Source: a virus
Lineage: Duplodnaviria > Heunggongvirae > Uroviricota > Caudoviricetes
IMG/VR virus record: IMGVR_UViG_2671180695_000010
DNA: 4,399 nucleotides
Reading direction: 5' to 3' (one strand)
A program made the translations under genes and the position numbers. Position 1 is the first letter of the stretch. Every line of letters begins with the position of its first letter. Below are positions 1 through 4,399 of this stretch, piece after piece. The notes under the pieces are model-generated. The model was not told the DNA's origin. It made no database searches and saw nothing but the letters and a program-made list of their open reading frames with translations.

Positions 1-1085
1 GACTGCAGCGTGGCCGCTGCCAGCCCCAGACGGGCATTTTCCCGGTCATTCCATGCGCCCTGAAGGTTGGCCCGGAAAGAGGCGGTTTTTCCCCGGCGCT
101 GGCTCCGGCTCTGGTACCACTGCCATTTTTTATCCGCCTCATCAAATGCCTTCTGTGCACTGGCGAGCATATCCGCTGAGGACTCAGGACGACCGATATC
201 CAGAATGGCATCCCACATCGATTTGAATGCCTTCCCTGTTTTATCCGCCCAGGTCTCCAGTGTTCCCATGTTTTCTTTCAGGCGACGGGTCTGCTCATCA
301 AAGCCTTTCGTGGCGATATCGTTCGCCGCCTGCAATGCCCCGGCCTCGTCTCCGGAACGCTGCAGCTGTGCAACATACGCAATCTGCTCTGCCGTCACGT
401 TACGGAACTGGCGCGCCATCGCCATCAGTCCCGACGTCGGGNNNNNNGCAAAACGCGCGACACTCTGGTTGATGGCATCAAACTGTTCACCACCACGCAC
501 ACCGGCATTCACCAGGGCTGCCAGTGACTCACTCGCCTGGTTAAACGTCAGCCCTGCGGCCTGTCCGGCTCTGGAGAGCGTCAGCATGCGATCGGCAGTC
601 AGTCCGGACTGATTACCGGAAAGAACCAGGGTTTTATTAAACGCTGAAAGCGTGGAATCCCCCTGGTACCAGGCGTACGCCAGCGCACCTGTCGCCACCG
701 CCAGCGAGGTGACCCCGACCATCGGCAGGGTGATCGCACCGGCAAGTCCCCTGAACATGGGGATCATCCCGCCGAAGGAGTCCTTCACCTGACCGCCCTG
801 TTGCAGCAGGATCAGCCAGGGATTCTGACCACCGGCAAGCTGCGTGGCGATATCCGTAAACTGTGCGGGCAGGGTTCGCATGGCCGCTTTATACTGCCCG
901 ACGGAAATCCCGGCTTTTTGTGCAGCCAGCGCCTGGCGGCTCAGGCCCTGTTCAACAGCACTGGCGGTTTTTCTGGCGTCAGTCTCCAGTCCGGAAAAAT
1001 GACGCCTTACCCGGCTCATCTGCTCATCGAAACGGACCGCATCCAGACTCAGGTCAATAACAAGATCACCAACCGGCTGGGACAT
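1..1085 (-). CDS. H: Tail tape measure protein (lambda gpH-like), N-terminal ~361 codons; 3' end runs off the window at position 1; interrupted by a 6-nt N run at 442-447
   Basis: Not in the ORF track because no stop lies in the window. My translation from the ATG at 1085-1083 (minus strand) gives MSQPVGDLVIDLSLDAVRFDEQMSRVRRHFSGLETDARKTA..., closely matching the lambda gpH N-terminus as I recall it (MAEPVGDLVVDLSLDAARFDEQMARVRRHFSG...). A spot check at 601-719 gives VGVTSLAVATGALAYAWYQGDSTLSAFNKTLVLSGNQSGL, again matching lambda H. A GGAGGT Shine-Dalgarno lies 7 nt upstream. Only 1-180, 601-719 and 961-1085 were checked by hand in this frame; no stop was seen there. Confidence 0.9.
   Translation of the reverse strand, partial: MSQPVGDLVIDLSLDAVRFDEQMSRVRRHFSGLETDARKTASAVEQGLSRQALAAQKAGISVGQYKAAMRTLPAQFTDIATQLAGGQNPWLILLQQGGQVKDSFGGMIPMFRGLAGAITLPMVGVTSLAVATGALAYAWYQGDSTLSAFNKTLVLSGNQSGLTADRMLTLSRAGQAAGLTFNQASESLAALVNAGVRGGEQFDAINQSVARFXXXPTSGLMAMARQFRNVTAEQIAYVAQLQRSGDEAGALQAANDIATKGFDEQTRRLKENMGTLETWADKTGKAFKSMWDAILDIGRPESSADMLASAQKAFDEADKKWQWYQSRSQRRGKTASFRANLQGAWNDRENARLGLAAATLQ
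442..447. other. Run of 6 ambiguous bases (N) inside the tape measure gene; assembly or masking artefact
   Basis: Literal 'nnnnnn' in the sequence at 442-447. The length is a multiple of 3, so the H reading frame is preserved across it. Confidence 0.95.
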
Positions 1086-1937
1086 ATCTCACACCTCCGG
1101 AAATCCCCGCTGAAGCCATCATTAATGCGACATCATCCTCGCTGACATCCGCCACATCCGCAGACGATAAAATCTCACGCCCTCCGTCCCCACCAAACCG
1201 GACGCCTCCGGCAAGTCCTGCCGCTTTCTGCATCAGCATTTTTTCCTCATCCGGCATCTCCGTCTGCGCTTCCTCACGCCGGGGGGCAAGCAGACTGAAA
1301 TCAGAGGGATGCATATCCGGATCGCAAAAAAACAGGCTGAGTACGGCGTACGTCAGCCCGGAAAAATGCATATCCAGTTGGGTATCGAGAAAATAATGCG
1401 TACGGTAAAAATGTCGCCAGTCGGCATATTCGGTGGATGTCATCCCGGCAAGCATGGCGCGCCAGTCAGGCCTCCCCATCTCACGCGCCAGTCTGAGGGC
1501 AAAATTCAGCTCGCCGTCGAAGACTTTCCCGCAGAAAAATCATCATCAGTCAGCGCGTTATTTTTCGCCACTTCGGTGCTGTCAGTATCCGCATGAACAG
1601 CCCCGCTCATCCCGGACAGACGCAACACCACATCTTCCGCCCGGGCAATGGCATCCGCAGGCCAGGTGGTGAGCACCTCCTGTTCGATCTGCATCACAGC
1701 CTCATTCATTGACGGTGATGCCGTTTTCTGCGGATGGTTATGCCACAGGGACATCGCCACCAGAAACGCGCCGGTTCTGACGAGATCTTCCACGCTTACC
1801 TGCAGGTTGCCGCTGGATTCTGCCTGTTCTGCACGCCGTTTCAGGAGGGCAAGATGCTCAATACGCTGCAGCGCAGACAATTCGGAAAGCGTGACGGACA
1901 CACCGTTATATTCAAATTGTTCGGTTTTCAGAAACAT
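1066..1937 (-). CDS. T: Tail assembly chaperone fusion gpGT, made by a programmed -1 ribosomal frameshift from the G frame into the T frame at the slippery heptamer 1530..1524; T-frame stop at 1068-1066
   Basis: The T-frame ORF (track ORF 1066..1479 and its upstream extension) translates after the shift as ...GKVFDGELNFALRLAREMGRPDWRAMLAGMTSTEYADWRHFYRTHYFLDTQLDMHFSGLTYAVLSLFF..., matching lambda gpT as I recall it. There is no plausible independent start with an RBS for T. The slippery heptamer sits in the correct phase in the G frame (gcG GGA AAG). Confidence 0.85.
1093..1098 (-). promoter_or_regulatory. Shine-Dalgarno (GGAGGT) for the tape measure gene H
   Basis: Plus-strand 'acctcc' at 1093-1098 reads GGAGGT on the minus strand, 7 nt upstream of the H start codon at 1085. 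It lies inside the 3' end of the T reading frame. Confidence 0.6.
1506..1937 (-). CDS. G: Tail assembly chaperone gpG (143 aa)
   Basis: Track ORF 1506..1937 (-): MFLKTEQFEYNGVSVTLSELSALQRIEHLALLKRRAEQAE...AMSLWHNHPQKT...MNEAV.QIEQEVLTTWP...AEDVVLRLSGM, near-identical in blocks to lambda gpG as recalled. A strong GGAGGT Shine-Dalgarno lies 5 nt upstream of the ATG. Position between V and T/H matches lambda synteny. Confidence 0.93.
   Translation of the reverse strand: MFLKTEQFEYNGVSVTLSELSALQRIEHLALLKRRAEQAESSGNLQVSVEDLVRTGAFLVAMSLWHNHPQKTASPSMNEAVMQIEQEVLTTWPADAIARAEDVVLRLSGMSGAVHADTDSTEVAKNNALTDDDFSAGKSSTAS
1524..1530 (-). promoter_or_regulatory. Programmed -1 frameshift slippery heptamer G GGA AAG (G/GT recoding site)
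   Basis: Plus-strand 'ctttccc' at 1524-1530 is GGGAAAG on the minus strand. In the G frame the codons are gcG GGA AAG (A-G-K), 6 codons before the G stop. Shifting -1 here opens the T frame through to 1066. Confidence 0.85.
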
Positions 1938-1942
1938 GTATT

Positions 1943-1948
1943 ACCTCC
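1943..1948 (-). promoter_or_regulatory. Shine-Dalgarno (GGAGGT) for G
   Basis: Plus-strand 'acctcc' at 1943-1948 reads GGAGGT on the minus strand, 5 nt upstream of the G ATG at 1937, in the 13-nt V-G intergenic gap. Confidence 0.65.
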
Positions 1949-1950
1949 GT

Positions 1951-2703
1951 TTACCCTGCAGCGCCCGCTTCAGTAACGGTGACTTCAGCTACCGTGGCAA
2001 ACTGACCATTACCGGAAATCACGGGGATACTCACTTTTCCAGCCTTAACCCCCGTCACAGTGATCGCCATATCTTTCACAGCAATGGTTCCCGTTGACGG
2101 ATCGGCGGAAACCGCTCTGAACGTTTTGTCGGTTGCACTTTCCGGCTCAAAAGAAACCGTCAGGGTTGTTGTTTTCCCTTTTGCCACCGTACCAGATGTC
2201 GGCGTCACCTTAATCGCAGTGACCGGCGTAATTTCGCTGCGTTCTTCCGCCACAGAAGGTTTACCCACGTTGGTCACTTTCACCGTACGGGTGATCACTT
2301 CCTTCGCCGTTACGGCCTTACCGATACTGCTGACCCAGCCACGGAACACATCCACCGTGCCGTTCGGGAAACGGATTTTATAGGCCCGCACATCCCCGCT
2401 TTCAAACCAGCCTATAAGCCCTTTCTGACCTTCTTCTCCCGGTTTCCAGGCCAGCGTAAAACTGGTATCTCCTGCAGACTTCTGCCCCTGCCCGGTCGCA
2501 GTCCAGTCCGCGTCTTCATCATCCAGGTAGTTATCATCGTAGGGTTCTGCCGTCATCTCGCCCGGCGTCAGATCCTTTACCTGTGCCAGTCGCTGCCAGT
2601 TATCGTCTGACAACGGGTTTGCATAGGCATCACCCTGACCGTTATAAACCCACAGGGTGGTACCGGCACCTTTTACCGGTGCCAGAGGATTTGGTGTTGG
2701 CAT
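1951..2703 (-). CDS. V: Major tail tube protein gpV (250 aa) with a C-terminal Ig-like (Big_2-type) domain
   Basis: Track ORF 1951..2703 (-): [33 protein letters not shown]...[43 protein letters not shown]...[44 protein letters not shown], matching lambda gpV as recalled. The C-terminal ~90 aa is T/V/S-rich and beta-strand-like, as in the lambda gpV Ig-like domain. Confidence 0.95.
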   Translation of the reverse strand: MPTPNPLAPVKGAGTTLWVYNGQGDAYANPLSDDNWQRLAQVKDLTPGEMTAEPYDDNYLDDEDADWTATGQGQKSAGDTSFTLAWKPGEEGQKGLIGWFESGDVRAYKIRFPNGTVDVFRGWVSSIGKAVTAKEVITRTVKVTNVGKPSVAEERSEITPVTAIKVTPTSGTVAKGKTTTLTVSFEPESATDKTFRAVSADPSTGTIAVKDMAITVTGVKAGKVSIPVISGNGQFATVAEVTVTEAGAAG

Positions 2704-2710
2704 ATCGTCC

Positions 2711-3106
2711 TCACATCTCGTATGTAATGGAATAAGTCAAATCAGCAGAACTCCATAACGCCATATCGTCATCACGACGATACTCATAGCCCTGCGTAAC
2801 CATCGTGGTAATCAGGCCTGACAGTGCCGGGATCGCACTCATCGCCGGATAAATCCGGCTTTCCATCCACGAATCCAGCTCTGAATCCGGCACCTGAGCA
2901 GGCAGGAAAACTTCAATATGCAGCTCCGCCTGCCAGGTATCGCTGTCCAGCGCTTCGCCCGTGTATTCAGCGCCGGTGAGATAAACAGCAATTGCCGGAA
3001 AATCCGCCTCATCAAAAACAGCGGGGCGACCATCAAACAGCGTCGCCCCGTGTTCATGCTGCTCGAGTGCATCCAGCACTGCAGCACGGATATCAGTATG
3101 TTTCAT
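2711..3106 (-). CDS. U: Tail terminator protein gpU (131 aa)
   Basis: Track ORF 2711..3106 (-): [131 protein letters not shown], same length as and near-collinear with lambda gpU as recalled. The start codon overlaps the Z stop (ATGA). Confidence 0.95.
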   Translation of the reverse strand: MKHTDIRAAVLDALEQHEHGATLFDGRPAVFDEADFPAIAVYLTGAEYTGEALDSDTWQAELHIEVFLPAQVPDSELDSWMESRIYPAMSAIPALSGLITTMVTQGYEYRRDDDMALWSSADLTYSITYEM

Positions 3107-3678
3107 CGCTTTATCACAATCCTTAGTTGTTGTTTCAACGCATAGCCCAGTTCTTTTGGCAGACGTTCTCGCCGGATACGGTTAACGTTCTCATCAAAAG
3201 CCTGCTTCAGTGGGGCCGCCATCGGAATTTTAACCACCTGAATGGGAAGACGATTACGCTTTTTCCTTCCTTTATCGTCATTGCCCTTCGCATACCGGGC
3301 TTCTGGCAAACGTTGCATAACATGCCAGCGCCCATTATTTAATCGCTGGATGAATGCCCGCTGATAACGATGCTGACCGGCTTTAAGTATGCTGTTCGGA
3401 CGATGACCAAGCATCCTGATCCCCAGCTTAATAGCAGGGAGATCACCGCGGTTAACGATAATTCTGGCATTCGGATTTCTGACCGTCGCCCGTTTCAGTC
3501 TGGACCGTTCCTTTACCAGTTTCCGGCTCACCCTGGTCTCCCGGGCAACCTGTGATGAAGACTGATTAATCGCCGTTGTAGCCACGCGGTTAATAGCCAT
3601 TGCTGAAGCCGACGGAATGGCGTTTTTACGAACCCGGCTCAGATTTTCAATCGCCTGATCAAGCCCTTTTATCGCCAT
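3103..3678 (-). CDS. Z: Tail completion / minor tail protein gpZ (191 aa)
   Basis: Track ORF 3103..3678 (-): MAIKGLDQAIENLSRVRKNAIPSASAMAINRVATTAINQSSSQVARETRVSRKLVKERSRLKRATVRNPNARIIVNRGDLP.IKLG...AFIQ.L.NGRWHVMQR...KIPMA.PL...F..N..RIRRERLPKELGYAL.QQLR.VIKR, matching lambda gpZ at both termini as recalled. Position between FII and U matches lambda synteny. Confidence 0.93.
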   Translation of the reverse strand: MAIKGLDQAIENLSRVRKNAIPSASAMAINRVATTAINQSSSQVARETRVSRKLVKERSRLKRATVRNPNARIIVNRGDLPAIKLGIRMLGHRPNSILKAGQHRYQRAFIQRLNNGRWHVMQRLPEARYAKGNDDKGRKKRNRLPIQVVKIPMAAPLKQAFDENVNRIRRERLPKELGYALKQQLRIVIKR

Positions 3679-3692
3679 AATTCACCCTGCGT

Positions 3693-4046
3693 TTATCGTC
3701 GCCGGTTAACTGCGGGTGGTTGCCCACGGTTCAGCCAGAGATAACAACTGCCCCCGTCATCCGGAGAAACACGATCCACCCAGAACATCTCACCATTAAT
3801 GGTCAACGTGTCACCACGCCGCACGGCACGAACCGTATCCGTCCGCACAAATAATGACGGGCTGCTTCCTTCAATACGGATCCCACTACTGGCAAACCCC
3901 AGCGACTCCGGATCGTCAAAAACCCCCTGAACTTCGCCGCCACGCTGTGCACCGGAGGTGAACTGCGCACTGATGCCCATCACTTCAACAATCGTACTGT
4001 CCACCCCGGCAAGGGCGGCATCAAAGGCATTCTGAAAATCACGCAT
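3693..4046 (-). CDS. FII: Head-tail joining protein gpFII (117 aa from the ATG at 4046)
   Basis: Track ORF 3693..4082 (-) contains MRDFQNAFDAALAGVDSTIVEVMGISAQFTSGAQRGGEVQGVFDDPESLGFASSGIRIEGSSPSLFVRTDTVRAVRRGDTLTINGEMFWVDRVSPDDGGSCYLWLNRGQPPAVNRRR, matching lambda gpFII (MADFDNLFDAAIARAD...SPSLFVRTDEVRQLRRGDTLTIGEENFWVDRVSPDDGGSCHLWLGRGVPPAVNRRR) at the same 117-aa length. The start was chosen by homology at the third in-frame ATG (4046) rather than the track's 4082. Confidence 0.9.
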   Translation of the reverse strand: MRDFQNAFDAALAGVDSTIVEVMGISAQFTSGAQRGGEVQGVFDDPESLGFASSGIRIEGSSPSLFVRTDTVRAVRRGDTLTINGEMFWVDRVSPDDGGSCYLWLNRGQPPAVNRRR

Positions 4047-4399
4047 AAACAGCCATTCCACCATCAACGTGTGTTTTTGCATCTGAGGACATAATCAGAA
4101 TCACCCGACCAACATCCGCAAGCTCAACGGATTCCCCCGTTTCACCATCAACGCCACAGAGATGGAGGCAGGTCAGAACTCTGATGCGCGTTAACGCGCC
4201 GGATGTTTCCTCACGAACATCATGAGCCGCGTTTTCCCTCTCCCGGATATCCATATTCATAACCTGTACATCATCGCCGGATGACTGCATTTCCTCTTCC
4301 CATTCTGCCACCCGCTGCGCTATCTCTGCGGCACTCCCGGATATATCCGGCTCACGCCCCAGAATCAGGGCCAGTTCATCAAGCCGTTTCAGATTTTGC
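4039..4399 (-). CDS. FI: Probable DNA-packaging / head assembly accessory protein gpFI-like; 5' end off-window, stop at 4041-4039
   Basis: The minus-strand frame is open from the window edge (4398) to the stop at 4039: QNLKRLDELALILGREPDISGSAAEIAQRVAEWEEEMQSSGDDVQVMNMDIRERENAAHDVREETSG... The track's 'start' at 4311 is an internal GTG. Assignment rests mainly on synteny (immediately upstream of FII, as in lambda) and the acidic character; I cannot verify identity to lambda FI from memory. Confidence 0.65.
   Translation of the reverse strand, partial: QNLKRLDELALILGREPDISGSAAEIAQRVAEWEEEMQSSGDDVQVMNMDIRERENAAHDVREETSGALTRIRVLTCLHLCGVDGETGESVELADVGRVILIMSSDAKTHVDGGMAVYA

Noticed and set aside
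601-610. Perfect 10-bp palindrome agtccggact
   Set aside because: Too short to be significant by chance expectations in 4.4 kb, and located inside the H coding sequence with no flanking structure suggesting a terminator or operator.
67-1145. Plus-strand ORFs 67..612 (181 aa), 227..472, 801..1145 and 863..1060
   Set aside because: They lie antisense to the strongly supported tape measure gene H, have low-complexity Ala/Ser/Arg/Pro-rich translations typical of shadow ORFs in GC-rich coding DNA, and have no recognisable RBS or homology.
1433-1479. Stand-alone start for gpT at the ATG 1479-1477
   Set aside because: This ATG (M of MGRPDW) is internal to the conserved gpT homology region, which begins upstream right after the slippery site; the region is expressed as a GT fusion by frameshifting.
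1309-2383. Plus-strand ORFs 1309..1596, 1433..1672, 1648..2097, 1734..1976 and 2060..2383
   Set aside because: Antisense to G, T and V, which are confidently identified on the minus strand; translations are Cys/Arg/Ser-rich with no protein-like character.
2839-3555. ORFs 2839..3087 (-), 2918..3145 (+), 3127..3342 (+) and 3370..3555 (+)
   Set aside because: Alternative-frame or antisense ORFs nested inside the U and Z genes; short, no homology, no independent translation signals.
4309-4311. Track-annotated start of the FI-region ORF at 4311
   Set aside because: The codon is GTG and the frame remains open upstream to the window edge; the real start is almost certainly beyond position 4399.
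1-4399. Search for CRISPR arrays, tRNA/rRNA genes, IS elements, terminators or defence/anti-defence cargo
   Set aside because: No direct repeats with spacers, no tRNA-like or rRNA-like stretches, no inverted terminal repeats, and no GC-rich hairpin followed by a T-run were seen; coding density on the minus strand leaves essentially no unassigned sequence.

Overview
This window is a contiguous piece of the late structural operon of a lambda-like (lambdoid) siphovirus or prophage, all encoded on the minus strand. Reading the minus strand from high to low coordinates, the gene order is FI (5' end off-window) - FII - Z - U - V - G - G/T (programmed -1 frameshift) - H (tape measure, 3' end off-window), which is collinear with the phage lambda head-tail joining and tail module. 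The calls rest on the supplied ORF translations, my own translation of the unlisted minus-strand frame over 1..1085, and comparison with my recollection of lambda protein sequences; no database search was run. Genes are tightly packed (intergenic gaps of 14 nt or less, several overlaps), so there is no room for an inserted accessory or 'moron' gene. I do not see evidence of a novel or undescribed system here: the region is well explained by a conserved, well-characterised tail-assembly module from an Enterobacteriaceae-type lambdoid phage that is diverged from lambda itself. All plus-strand ORFs in the track are antisense shadow ORFs. The most notable sequence-level features are the conserved G GGA AAG slippery heptamer for the G/GT frameshift, a diverged C-terminal Ig-like domain on the major tail protein V, and a 6-base run of N inside H.
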